From Terriglobia bacterium (GTDB lineage: Bacteria; Acidobacteriota; Terriglobia; JAJPHL01; JAPKYU01), in assembly GCA_965223005.1 (NCBI GenBank), contig CBDCVK010000010.1, positions 64,001-128,000 on the forward strand: 64,000 nt of DNA. Reading direction: 5' to 3'. Shown one piece after another: positions 1-8,907 of this stretch. A program made the position numbers and the translations under genes. Every line of letters begins with the position of its first letter. The stretch's first letter is position 1. The notes below the pieces were generated by a model. The model made no database searches. It was not told the DNA's origin and was given only the letters and a program-made list of their open reading frames with translations.

Positions 1-1
1 G

Positions 2-412
2 GCCTGCGTCTTTGGAGATCGGCAGGGGGGAGATCCGCAACAGGTGCGGCGGCTGAACGAATTGGTTCACCCCCATATTTTGCGGCGCCTCGAAGAGGAG
101 GCGCGCAAGTTCGCCGACCACCATTCTGAGGGTATCCTGATAGTGGAAGCGGCGCTGCTGCTGGAAGCCTTTGCCGAGTCGCAAGTGGACAAGGTGGTGG
201 TGGTGGACTGTTCTGAGGAGCAGCAGATCCAACGCTTTCAGGCCAAAGGCGGCACAGCCGAGGAAGCGCGGCGGCGCATGGCCGCTCAGATGACTCGCGC
301 CGAGCGCCTGCGGCGCGCCGATTTGGTCGTGGACACCTCCGGCACGTTGGAACAAACTCGCCGGCAGGTGAATACGCTGTACCAACAACTGGTGCGGGAA
401 GCGCTCATATAA
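2..412 (+). CDS. coaE: Dephospho-CoA kinase, C-terminal part (5' end outside window)
   Basis: Frame open from position 2; LNELVHP, VEAALLLE, VVVVDC..EQQIQR, RMAAQM, ADLVVDTSG are typical CoaE motifs. Confidence 0.9.
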   Translation, partial: ACVFGDRQGGDPQQVRRLNELVHPHILRRLEEEARKFADHHSEGILIVEAALLLEAFAESQVDKVVVVDCSEEQQIQRFQAKGGTAEEARRRMAAQMTRAERLRRADLVVDTSGTLEQTRRQVNTLYQQLVREALI

Positions 413-514
413 ATGTATTGGAGCCGTTCCGTCTGATTTGCAGACCCCCATGGCTTGCAACTGCGATCACCAACAGCCCAACGGGTTTCTGAAGCCGCTT
501 CTGGTGAGGTCGGT

Positions 515-1681
515 ATGAAACTGCGCCATTTTCTGCTGGCGGCTGCGATCGTGGCCGCCTTCATTTATTTCACCACCTATCTGCCGGTCGGGCCGTTCGA
601 GAAGGGCCGCTGGCGCGGGGCTTTGCCGTGGGAGGGGGAGACTTCTCCCGTGCCCGGGGTAACCCTGGCGCAGAGCGGCGGATTCGGCTCCGACGAGCAG
701 AACAACATTCAGGTATACAAAGCGGCCAGCCCGGCGGTAGTCAATGTCACCACCATCACCTTGACCTACGATTTCTTCCTGAATCCTGTGCCGATGGAAG
801 GCGGGGCAGGCAGCGGTTTCTTGATTGAGCCAGACGGCAAGATCGTCACGAATTTTCACGTCATCAGCGGGGCGCGGCGAGTGCAGGTGATGCTGGCCGA
901 CCGGAGTCGCCACCAGGCAGACGTGCTCGGCTACGACGAGCGCAGCGACCTGGCGGTACTGCGGATTCAAGCTGGGCGGGAATTGCCCTATCTGCGGCTG
1001 GGCGAGTCCGACAGCCTCCAGGTGGGGCAGAAGGTGCTGGCTATCGGGAACCCGTTCGGCCAGTTCCAGAATACTCTGACCACGGGAGTCATCAGCTCGC
1101 TCGGGCGCAATATCCGGGGCCGCGGCAGTGGCGCGGTTCTGGAAGACGTCATTCAAACGGACGCCGCCATCAATCCCGGCAACAGTGGCGGGCCCTTGCT
1201 CAACTCGCACGGGGAAGTCGTGGGCATCAACACGGCCATCGTCGGCCCGGCCAATATTGGCATTGGATTTGCCATTCCCGTCAACCGGATGAAGCTGATT
1301 GTGGCCGATCTGCTGCGCGAGGGACGGGTGATGCGTCCCTACCTCGGGGTAGTGCTGCTACCCTTGAGCCCTGACCTGGCTGAGCTGCTGGATTCGCCCG
1401 TGGGCGAAGGCCTCCTGGTCTTGACGGTGTCACCCAACAGCCCCGCCGAAAAGGCGGGCATCCGCGGGGGCACCAAAACCGTAGTGGTCGGAAACTTGAG
1501 GCTTCCCGCGGGAGGAGACATGATCGTGGAGATGGATGGGGAGCCGGTTGGTGCTCGTGAAGAACTCGGACGTCGGATTGAGAATAAACGGCCGGGTGAC
1601 ACAGTCCGGCTCACCCTGTTCCGAGGCCCGCGGCGCTTGGAGGTCACCGTCCAACTGGAGGCCCGTCCGCCGCGCCGCTAA
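515..1681 (+). CDS. HtrA/DegP-family trypsin-like serine protease with PDZ domain
   Basis: GSGF, TNFHV, DLAVL, IQTDAAINPGNSGGPL motifs and C-terminal PDZ; start moved to ATG 515 (MKLRHFLLAAA, GAGG upstream). Confidence 0.93.
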   Translation: MKLRHFLLAAAIVAAFIYFTTYLPVGPFEKGRWRGALPWEGETSPVPGVTLAQSGGFGSDEQNNIQVYKAASPAVVNVTTITLTYDFFLNPVPMEGGAGSGFLIEPDGKIVTNFHVISGARRVQVMLADRSRHQADVLGYDERSDLAVLRIQAGRELPYLRLGESDSLQVGQKVLAIGNPFGQFQNTLTTGVISSLGRNIRGRGSGAVLEDVIQTDAAINPGNSGGPLLNSHGEVVGINTAIVGPANIGIGFAIPVNRMKLIVADLLREGRVMRPYLGVVLLPLSPDLAELLDSPVGEGLLVLTVSPNSPAEKAGIRGGTKTVVVGNLRLPAGGDMIVEMDGEPVGAREELGRRIENKRPGDTVRLTLFRGPRRLEVTVQLEARPPRR

Positions 1682-1807
1682 CTGTTTGCATTGCAATAAC
1701 TTGTTTTGCATTCCGACTCCGTCGGGAGCAAGCGGGGGCCAGCAAACCGTAGCGTGCGCCACAGTTAATCTCCTGAAACCTGCCCTCTGAGACCTGACTC
1801 TAGAACC

Positions 1808-1816
1808 TGCTACAAT
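1808..1816 (+). promoter_or_regulatory. Extended -10 promoter candidate (TGCTACAAT)
   Basis: TGn+TAnnnT about 30 nt upstream of ORF 1848, which has AGGAGGAG SD. Confidence 0.5.
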
Positions 1817-1847
1817 CCATACTAATTAGGAGGAGACAGTACCCCGA

Positions 1848-2642
1848 ATGAGGAACTCTCTGCGCTTCTTGTGCCTAGTCGTACTGTCGGCTGTCGCCCC
1901 GCTGGCGATGGCCGAGGAAGTGATCCTCCGCGACGGAAGAAAGCTGACTGGGACCATCGCCGGCGTGGAGCGCGGCGTTTACAGGCTCGAGACAGATTTC
2001 GGGGTAGCGCTAATCAAGAAAGAATGGATCGCGCGCATCGAATTTTCTGGAACGGCAACGAAGAAAGCGCGCGGAGAAAAATCACCAGTTGAGAAAGCGA
2101 CTGCCAAGCCCCCCATCCGTCTGCGGCGCCCGCCCTCGCCACCCCCGCCCCCACTCATCCGCGAACGCCGCCCACCCGGCGGTACGGTTCAGGAGCGCAT
2201 CCAGGGAACCACCTACGTTAACGAGAGCTACCGCTTCCAACTGTTCAAGCCACCCACTTGGCGCATCCTGGAACAGGCCGCCCGCAGCATTCCCAGCGCC
2301 GTGACGGTGCTGGGGACTGTGGATGAAACCACGATGCTGGTGGTCGGCAGCGTGCTGTATGAAGGCCCACCCTCTGCATATGCCGAAATCCTGGTGTCTG
2401 CGCTCCGGCAAAGCTACTCGGAATTTGTCACCAAACCGGAGGACCGGATTCGGATAGCCGGGCGGCCGGCCATCCGGCGCCGGTTTAGCGGCATGGCGGC
2501 CGGACACGAGTGGCACGGCCTAGTGGTCAACCTGACCGACGGGCCGGCGCACTATGGCCTTATTGGGGTGACCCGGCACGAATTGTCTGGGTTTAAGGCA
2601 AGCGTGCTGTCCAAGATGGTCAAGTCCTTCCGCTTCCGCTAA
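1848..2642 (+). CDS. Secreted hypothetical protein (signal peptide, Pro-rich linker, PsbP-like C-terminal region)
   Basis: Strong SD; AMA signal cleavage site; Y.N..YRFQL..P..W and KMVKSFRF resemble PsbP/DcrB-like folds. Confidence 0.7.
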   Translation: MRNSLRFLCLVVLSAVAPLAMAEEVILRDGRKLTGTIAGVERGVYRLETDFGVALIKKEWIARIEFSGTATKKARGEKSPVEKATAKPPIRLRRPPSPPPPPLIRERRPPGGTVQERIQGTTYVNESYRFQLFKPPTWRILEQAARSIPSAVTVLGTVDETTMLVVGSVLYEGPPSAYAEILVSALRQSYSEFVTKPEDRIRIAGRPAIRRRFSGMAAGHEWHGLVVNLTDGPAHYGLIGVTRHELSGFKASVLSKMVKSFRFR

Positions 2643-2744
2643 GCGCAAGTCACACGAACAGGCGAGAGCAGAAGATGCTTGTGGTGCAGCTCGGTCGCTA
2701 CGATCCGCGGAGAGCTTGGGAGGGTGCCCGGCAGAAGCCGGGTG

Positions 2745-3578
2745 CTACAATAAATCCACCGCCACCTTGTTCGGAAGGACGCCGATCTGGTAACCAAGAG
2801 CCAGCAGGCGCTCAATTGCCTGCTTCCCACGGTCGCCGCACTCCAGCGTGTATTCGTTCACGTACATCCCCACGAACTTGTCGGCCAGGGATGCATCCAT
2901 GTCCCGAGCAAACTTCATGGCGTAGGAAAGGGCTTCTTCTCTGTGATCCAGGGCGTACTGGATGCTGCTACGCACTAGCGAGGCCGCTTCTTTTTGCACG
3001 TCCAGGGGCAGATGGCGGGCCACTACCAGGCCGCCCAGTGGAAGGGGCAAACCTTGCTGCTGTTGCCACCAAAGTCCCAGGTCTGCGATGCGATGCAGGC
3101 CCTCGCGGTCGTAAGTGAGCTGGCCTTCATGAATCAGCAGGCCGGCCTCGGCGCGCCCCTCCTGCAGGGCTTCGGAGACGCGGTCGAACGGCACTACTAC
3201 CGGCTCCACTTCCGGCTGGAACAACTTCAACACCAGCCAGGCTGTGGTCAGCAGCCCAGGCACTGCAACCTTCTTGCCTTTCAGTTCCTCGGCCGAAAAC
3301 AGGCGCGTTGAAACCACGACAGGGCCGTAGCCGTCTCCCATGCTGCTTCCAGTGGATAGCAGGCGGTAGCGCTCGGCCACATGAGGATAGGCGTGAAAGG
3401 AGATGGCTGTCAGGTCGAACTTCGTTTCCATGGCTTGCCGGTTCAAAGTTTCGATATCCAACAAGACGTGCCGGAAACTCAGCGTCGGCGGGCGCAGTTT
3501 CCGCGTCGCAAGCGCGTAGAACATGAAGGCATCGTCGGAATCAGGACTATGCGCCAGGACCAGTTCGCGTTGTTCCAT
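2745..3578 (-). CDS. mqnD: 1,4-dihydroxy-6-naphthoate synthase (futalosine menaquinone pathway)
   Basis: LAHSPDSDDAFMFYAL, DIETLN, IHEGQLTY, LPLPLG, FVGMYVNEYT match MqnD. Confidence 0.88.
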   Translation of the reverse strand: MEQRELVLAHSPDSDDAFMFYALATRKLRPPTLSFRHVLLDIETLNRQAMETKFDLTAISFHAYPHVAERYRLLSTGSSMGDGYGPVVVSTRLFSAEELKGKKVAVPGLLTTAWLVLKLFQPEVEPVVVPFDRVSEALQEGRAEAGLLIHEGQLTYDREGLHRIADLGLWWQQQQGLPLPLGGLVVARHLPLDVQKEAASLVRSSIQYALDHREEALSYAMKFARDMDASLADKFVGMYVNEYTLECGDRGKQAIERLLALGYQIGVLPNKVAVDLL

Positions 3579-3685
3579 AGGATGACTTGGACTAGCGGGG
3601 GGATGTTAGAGTAGCACAACGGCTCACGGCGGCCAATTCGCTTTTGGCTTGTCAACCCGCAGCGGACTCCGTAAACTGAATTGTT

Positions 3686-3860
3686 GAGACCTCGCCACGG
3701 CCAGCTGCGGCATTCCCGAAGGAGTGCATCCTCAGATTTGATTCATGGGTCCTAGCCCGGAATCGTTGGAACGGCAGCAACCAAGGGTTGGATTGCCAAA
3801 CCGAATCCAGAAGAGAGGGCTCCCCTCTAACTGAGTGACGCCAAAGCGTGGGCGGCAACC
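3686..3860 (-). ncRNA. ssrS: Probable 6S RNA
   Basis: About 175-nt intergenic rod-like fold on minus strand: CCACG/CGTGG and GCGTC-CTCAG/CTGAG-GATGC closing stems, GGGAGCCC...GGGCTAGGACCC motif, terminal GGCA-CAACC/GGTTG-TGCC stem; G-U pairs mostly favour minus strand. Confidence 0.55.
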
Positions 3861-3909
3861 GCCGAGTGCGCCGTGGTGCGATCAGGACCGCTCTTCGGAA
3901 AAAGGTCTT

Positions 3910-4284
3910 ATGGGTGATGAGAATAACAAGGTGGTGGTCGCGGCCGACGAACTGTTCTTTACGGTCAAAATCACGGAAGCCGCTCGCCGGGCTGGCGTGC
4001 CGGTCCAGTTTGTGAAGGACGAGCGCGCTTTATTGGAGTCTGCTCAGCACAAGCCAGCGCTGATCATCCTGGACCTGAATTGCGCCGGCGTGAAGCCCCT
4101 GCAGTCCATCAGCAAGTTGAAGGCGGATCCTGAGCTGAAAACGATTTCGCTGGTGGGCTACGTCTCGCACGTACAGGGGGAGTTGAAGCAGAAGGCACAT
4201 GCGCTCGGCTGCGACATGGTGCTGGCCCGCTCGGCCTTCTCCCAGAATCTGGCGAGCCTGCTGAAGCGCCACGCCAGCCGCTGA
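3910..4284 (+). CDS. Single-domain response-regulator receiver (atypical)
   Basis: LIILDLN phospho-Asp motif; conserved Lys replaced (DMVLARS); ATG 3910 chosen. Confidence 0.75.
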   Translation: MGDENNKVVVAADELFFTVKITEAARRAGVPVQFVKDERALLESAQHKPALIILDLNCAGVKPLQSISKLKADPELKTISLVGYVSHVQGELKQKAHALGCDMVLARSAFSQNLASLLKRHASR

Positions 4285-4388
4285 ATACGCCGAACGACCT
4301 CATTTCGCGGTTCCAGGCTGCCGCTCAGACAGGCCGGCCGTAGATGCCCCACTGAGATATTTTACCGCGGAGGCGGCGTAGCGACCGA

Positions 4389-5387
4389 CTACTTGCTCTT
4401 TTGCTTCACTATCTTCATGGCCATCTTGCGTATAACTTCGGCGACATTCTTGTTCTGGGCCACGGCCCGCTGGTCCTGCGGCAGCAGGCGGGCAATCAGC
4501 GACATCGCCACGTCAATGGGCGTCTTCGGGTTGTTGGCCAGGTTCCGCAGAACGCTGTAGTTCCTCATGAACTTCCGGCTCATGGAAATCAGCCGCAGCA
4601 CTTCGTCGCTGACGTTTTTCAGCGCCGAGAAGGTGTCGATTTCTGATTCCGTGACCTTCGGCGAGCCGAGCACGGCCCGCGACACCACCTTGCTGGAGTC
4701 GCGGATCAGCATGCCGCGTTCCTCCTTGTTACCTTTCAGCGCCAGTTGCACCTTCTGCGAGACAGTCATCCGAGAGATCTTGGCGTAGATTGATTCCTTC
4801 TTGCGTTGCTCATCCCCTTGGGCTTCAGCCTCGACGATTTTCTCGTCCAGCTTGACGATTTCCTCGTCCGACAGGGCTGTGGTCTGCTGCCGTTCGTCTT
4901 CCAGTTGCGCCTCGGCAATCATCAGCTCCAGGAAGCTGAGCTCGAAGAGGAATCTTTCCTCGCGGGCAGCGAGCCGGCTTTGGTTCATTTGTAGGTAGCT
5001 GGAGTTGTTTTTCAGGGCCGTCAGAGCCGGGGTGCGGAGCCTGTCGATATTCTCGAGCATGATCTTGATCGAATCCGGATCGGCGATGGCGGCCAGCTCG
5101 GCCAGTGCCTGCTGCGGAGAGTGACGGTTGGCCAGCAGGTCCTCCAGCAACTCGGGCCGAAAATTTTCGGGGATCAGAAAATACTCCAGCGCCTGGGGCG
5201 AAGTGGAGGCCCTGCGTAGAAGGGGCTGCAGAGTTTCGGGGGGCCAACTCGACAGGGTGCGGCGCGCTTCGGCTCGCACCTGGTCATCCGGATCGTCGGT
5301 CAATGCCACCACCAGTTCCAGCGCGGCCTCCGGGGCGATATTGGTCTGGCCGCGAGCGGCGGCCAACTTGTCTGTGATTGGCGTCAC
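4389..5387 (-). CDS. Conserved hypothetical helical-repeat protein
   Basis: 332-aa ORF; C-terminal QKVQLALKGNKEERGMLIRDS...NPKTP block seen in Acidobacteria/Deltaproteobacteria hypotheticals; 4-nt overlap with upstream gene. Confidence 0.7.
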   Translation of the reverse strand: MTPITDKLAAARGQTNIAPEAALELVVALTDDPDDQVRAEARRTLSSWPPETLQPLLRRASTSPQALEYFLIPENFRPELLEDLLANRHSPQQALAELAAIADPDSIKIMLENIDRLRTPALTALKNNSSYLQMNQSRLAAREERFLFELSFLELMIAEAQLEDERQQTTALSDEEIVKLDEKIVEAEAQGDEQRKKESIYAKISRMTVSQKVQLALKGNKEERGMLIRDSSKVVSRAVLGSPKVTESEIDTFSALKNVSDEVLRLISMSRKFMRNYSVLRNLANNPKTPIDVAMSLIARLLPQDQRAVAQNKNVAEVIRKMAMKIVKQKSK

Positions 5388-6166
5388 TGGGTCTTTAGGT
5401 CGCGGGCGGAAAACGCGACGCTCTTCGCCTCCCCCTTGCGGCCTAGCGGCGGCTGGGTTTCGCCGTTGAGCGTCAGCACGACGTCGCCCGCGTTGCCCAC
5501 GCGGAGCTTGATCGAGAAGTTGGCAGCCACCGTGTGCGTTTCTCCGGCCGTCATCATCTCTTCCCAGATCTTACGGCCGTCAGCGTAGGCAACCGCCCAG
5601 GAAGCGCCCAAGGTATCGATTTGGAGCCGAAGGCGAGCGCGCGAAGCCCCATCTGGTTCCGCCTCCGCTACCGCTTTCACCGCAGGTATGGCCGACGCTT
5701 GCGGAACGGGCGCCGGCGTCGTCGGCACTGAGGACCAGCTGGCGCGCACCCGGATCGGCACCCAGCGTTCCCAAACCGCGTAGCCGCCGAGGAGAAGCAG
5801 CGACGCGCTTAACAGAGCAGTCGCCACTGCGCGCTTCAGGTTGGGTGCGGCTCGGCCGACCGAGGTGCCCGGCGGTGCCGTAGCGGCTCTCTGGTCCCGC
5901 TGGGCAGCCAACTGTCGCAAGTCCACGGGCTTGGGAGGTCCCAGCAACGAGTCGAACTCGGCGCCTACCTGTGCTTCGTCCAGGCCCAAGTAATGCGCGT
6001 AGTGCAACACAAAGCTGCGACTGAAGGCTCCGCCCGGGAGCATGTCGAACCGGTCGTTCTCGATAGCTTCCAAGAAGCGGGTGCTGATCTTGGTGTGAAG
6101 TGACATCTCCTCCAGCGAGATGCTGCGCATTTCGCGCTCACGCCGGAGTTTTCTGCCGAAGCCCAT
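5384..6166 (-). CDS. RodZ-like protein (HTH, TM, DUF4115)
   Basis: GRKLRRERE...ISLEE..TKI...LEAIE...LPGG HTH, one TM segment, C-terminal RVGNAG.V.LTLNG. Confidence 0.85.
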   Translation of the reverse strand: MGFGRKLRREREMRSISLEEMSLHTKISTRFLEAIENDRFDMLPGGAFSRSFVLHYAHYLGLDEAQVGAEFDSLLGPPKPVDLRQLAAQRDQRAATAPPGTSVGRAAPNLKRAVATALLSASLLLLGGYAVWERWVPIRVRASWSSVPTTPAPVPQASAIPAVKAVAEAEPDGASRARLRLQIDTLGASWAVAYADGRKIWEEMMTAGETHTVAANFSIKLRVGNAGDVVLTLNGETQPPLGRKGEAKSVAFSARDLKTQ

Positions 6167-6312
6167 GGGTCGCGCACTCTGTCGCGTTCAACGAACTCCT
6201 TGGACCTATGATAGGGATAGGTACAAAACTGTGTCAATATGATTTCCCCAGCCGGGCCGATCCGGAGGCCGGCCAGCCCGCCGGTTTGGCGCCGCCCCCG
6301 AAGGAAAGACCG

Positions 6313-6321
6313 TGCTATAAT
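6313..6321 (+). promoter_or_regulatory. Extended -10 promoter candidate (TGCTATAAT)
   Basis: Perfect TGnTATAAT upstream of GAF-GGDEF gene. Confidence 0.6.
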
Positions 6322-6441
6322 TCGCCCGGCTTTTAGAGAAGTGAACTCACTTGCCTGAGCTCAGGGGTTACCGTGCGCGCCAGACCAGCCGCCGGCCCGC
6401 TGAGCGATCCCTCCCGGGCAAGAGCTCGAAGACGCCTACGA

Positions 6442-7518
6442 ATGGAACCGGCGGCACGCATTGCCGAACTGGAACGGAAGATCCGAGAACTGACGGTCTT
6501 CCACGATATCGGCAAGACGCTCACCTCCACCCTGGACCTCAGCCGTGTGCTGGAAACCATCATGGAACAGATCAGCAATCTGTTCCGTCCCGATACTTGG
6601 TCGCTTCTGTTGCTGGACCCTGAGTCCAAGGAACTGCACTTTGAGATTGCTGTCGGGCAAGCCGCAGAGAAGCTCAAGAAGTTGCGCCTGAAGCTCGGCG
6701 AGGGAATAGCCGGCTGGGTGGCGCTGCATGGGCAACCTCTCTTCGTGCCTGAAGCCGACAGCGACCAGCGCTTCACGTCCCGTATCGACCAGATCACCAG
6801 CGTTCACACCAGGACCATTGCTGCCGTTCCCATCAAGGGTCGAGAAGGAGTGTTGGGGGTGATCGAAATCGTCAACACGCCGGAAGCGATGAAATTCGGC
6901 CAGGAAGAGATGTTCATGCTCGAGGCCCTGGCCGATTACACGGCCATCGCCATCGAGAACGCCCGGCATGTGGAACGGATTCACGAGTTAACGATCACAG
7001 ACGATTGCACCAGCCTGTTCAACTCCCGCCATCTTCACAACATGTTGCAATCGGAAATCTACCGCTCCAACCGCTACGGTTACGAATTCTCGGTGCTCTT
7101 TCTGGATCTGGACCGTTTCAAGCAAGTGAACGACACTCACGGGCACCTGGTGGGTAGCAAGCTGCTGGCCCAAGTCGGCAACCTGATCAAGGACCACCTG
7201 CGTATGATTGATTTCGCCTTCCGGTACGGCGGCGACGAATTCGTGATGCTGCTGCCGCAAACGGACAAGCACGCCGCCACGAACGTGGCCCGCCGCCTTC
7301 AGCGCCTGCTCAACGACGCATGCTTCCTGCGCGAAGAAGGCTTGAATCTGAAGGTCACCGCCAGCTTCGGTCTGGCTTGCTTCCCCAGCGATGCCCGCAC
7401 CAAAAACGAGCTGGTCCGGCTGGCCGACGAAGCGATGTACCTGGTGAAGAACACCGCGCGCGACAACATCGCTGTCGCCAACGTTGGGCTATTGGACACT
7501 CTCAGCAGCCATAGCTAG
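6442..7518 (+). CDS. GAF-sensor diguanylate cyclase
   Basis: N-terminal GAF; DLDRFKQVNDTHGHLVG and RYGGDEF intact. Confidence 0.92.
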   Translation: MEPAARIAELERKIRELTVFHDIGKTLTSTLDLSRVLETIMEQISNLFRPDTWSLLLLDPESKELHFEIAVGQAAEKLKKLRLKLGEGIAGWVALHGQPLFVPEADSDQRFTSRIDQITSVHTRTIAAVPIKGREGVLGVIEIVNTPEAMKFGQEEMFMLEALADYTAIAIENARHVERIHELTITDDCTSLFNSRHLHNMLQSEIYRSNRYGYEFSVLFLDLDRFKQVNDTHGHLVGSKLLAQVGNLIKDHLRMIDFAFRYGGDEFVMLLPQTDKHAATNVARRLQRLLNDACFLREEGLNLKVTASFGLACFPSDARTKNELVRLADEAMYLVKNTARDNIAVANVGLLDTLSSHS

Positions 7519-7681
7519 AGGGAGCTGAACTTCACACGCCGCGTGTGTGCCTTCCAGCGTGGTTCCACCGCTCTTGCTGGGTTATGTCCTTTCCCAGATC
7601 TTGGCAGGGTCTCCCACCATTGTCTTGTCTCCTTCATTACCTGATTGTTGGCCATGGCGGCTGAGGCTCGTATCTCCCCAG

Positions 7682-7690
7682 TGCTATACT
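7682..7690 (+). promoter_or_regulatory. Extended -10 (TGCTATACT), probable leaderless promoter
   Basis: Ends 6 nt before ATG 7697, with no SD. Confidence 0.55.
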
Positions 7691-7696
7691 CTTCCA

Positions 7697-8812
7697 ATGC
7701 CACTGGCCGGGCAGGCCACTGCAGAAGGAACTGCGGCTTACCGCGAGCGGTTTTCTGCCGCCGCCCGGGCCGGCCATTTTCGTCAGATGCAAGGTCTGTG
7801 GATGTCCTCGGTGGGTATCGGCACCTATCTGGGGGAGCCCGACGAGGCCACCGACCAGGCCTACACTGCCGCGGTCACCCGCGCTCTGGAGCTGGGCGCG
7901 AACGTCATTGACACCGCCATCAACTACCGCCTTCAACGCAGCGAGCGCTCGATCGGGGCGGCGCTGGCCGCGCTCACAGCCCAGGGACGCGTTCGCCGCG
8001 AGGAAGTGGTGGTCTGCACCAAGGCTGGCTTCCTGACGCCCGACGGCGAGATGCCCGGCAACCCGGGACACTATTTCCAGGAAAATTACCTACAACCGGG
8101 CATCTGCACCGCCCAGGACATTGCGGCCGGTGTGCACTGCATGACGCCACGGTACCTGGACGACCAGTTGGACCGCAGCCTGCGCAACCTGGGCCTGGAA
8201 TGTATTGACGTCTTCTACCTGCACAACCCGGAGACGCAGCTGTCGGCGGTCCCCCGCCAGGAATTTCTCCGGCGCCTCCGTCTGGCTTTTGAACTTCTCG
8301 AGCACAAGGTGGAGGAGGGGAAGATTCAGTGGTACGGCACCGCCACCTGGAGCGGCTATCGCCAACCGCCCGGCTCGCGCGACTACCTTTCGCTTGAGGA
8401 GGCGGCCCTGGCGGCGCGCGAGGTCGCCGGCGAGCAGCACCACCTCCGCTTCCTCCAGTTGCCCTTTAACCTGGCGATGCCGGAGGCGTTTGTGGCCCAC
8501 AACCAAACGCTCGGGGGCCGCGCCTCAAACCTGCTCGACGCGGCCCGCGAGTTGGGAATTACGGTGGTGGCCAGCGCCAGCCTGCTGCAGGCCAGCCTGG
8601 TCGCCGGGCTGCCGGCGATCGTCGGCGAGGTTTTGGATGGGCTCGAGAGCGACGCGGAGCGGGCCCTGCAGTTTGCCCGCTCCGCCCCGGGCGTTGGGGT
8701 GGCGCTGGTGGGCATGAAAAACGCGGCGCACGTGGAAGAGAACCTTCGCATGGCCGAGGTCCCGCCGGCCCCGCCGGCGCAATTCCTCAAGCTGTTCGAG
8801 GTCAAGAATTGA
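7697..8812 (+). CDS. Aldo/keto reductase
   Basis: GIGTY, IDTAINY, VCTKAG, SLRNLG..IDVFYLHNPE, LQLPFN. Confidence 0.9.
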   Translation: MPLAGQATAEGTAAYRERFSAAARAGHFRQMQGLWMSSVGIGTYLGEPDEATDQAYTAAVTRALELGANVIDTAINYRLQRSERSIGAALAALTAQGRVRREEVVVCTKAGFLTPDGEMPGNPGHYFQENYLQPGICTAQDIAAGVHCMTPRYLDDQLDRSLRNLGLECIDVFYLHNPETQLSAVPRQEFLRRLRLAFELLEHKVEEGKIQWYGTATWSGYRQPPGSRDYLSLEEAALAAREVAGEQHHLRFLQLPFNLAMPEAFVAHNQTLGGRASNLLDAARELGITVVASASLLQASLVAGLPAIVGEVLDGLESDAERALQFARSAPGVGVALVGMKNAAHVEENLRMAEVPPAPPAQFLKLFEVKN

Positions 8813-8907
8813 ATCATTGACGATTCGATCATTGACGATTTGCTATGCAGGAACCAACGAGACAATCGTCAATACAGCCACTTCCCACCGGCCAACAATC
8901 GTCAATG
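8813..8907. repeat. Two direct and two inverted copies of ATTGACGATT
   Basis: ATCATTGACGATT at 8813 and 8828; CAATCGTCAAT at 8863 and 8896. Confidence 0.75.

Noticed and set aside
2743-2751. TGCTACAAT promoter-like match
   Set aside because: Coincides with the mqnD stop codon on the opposite strand, with no plausible downstream gene
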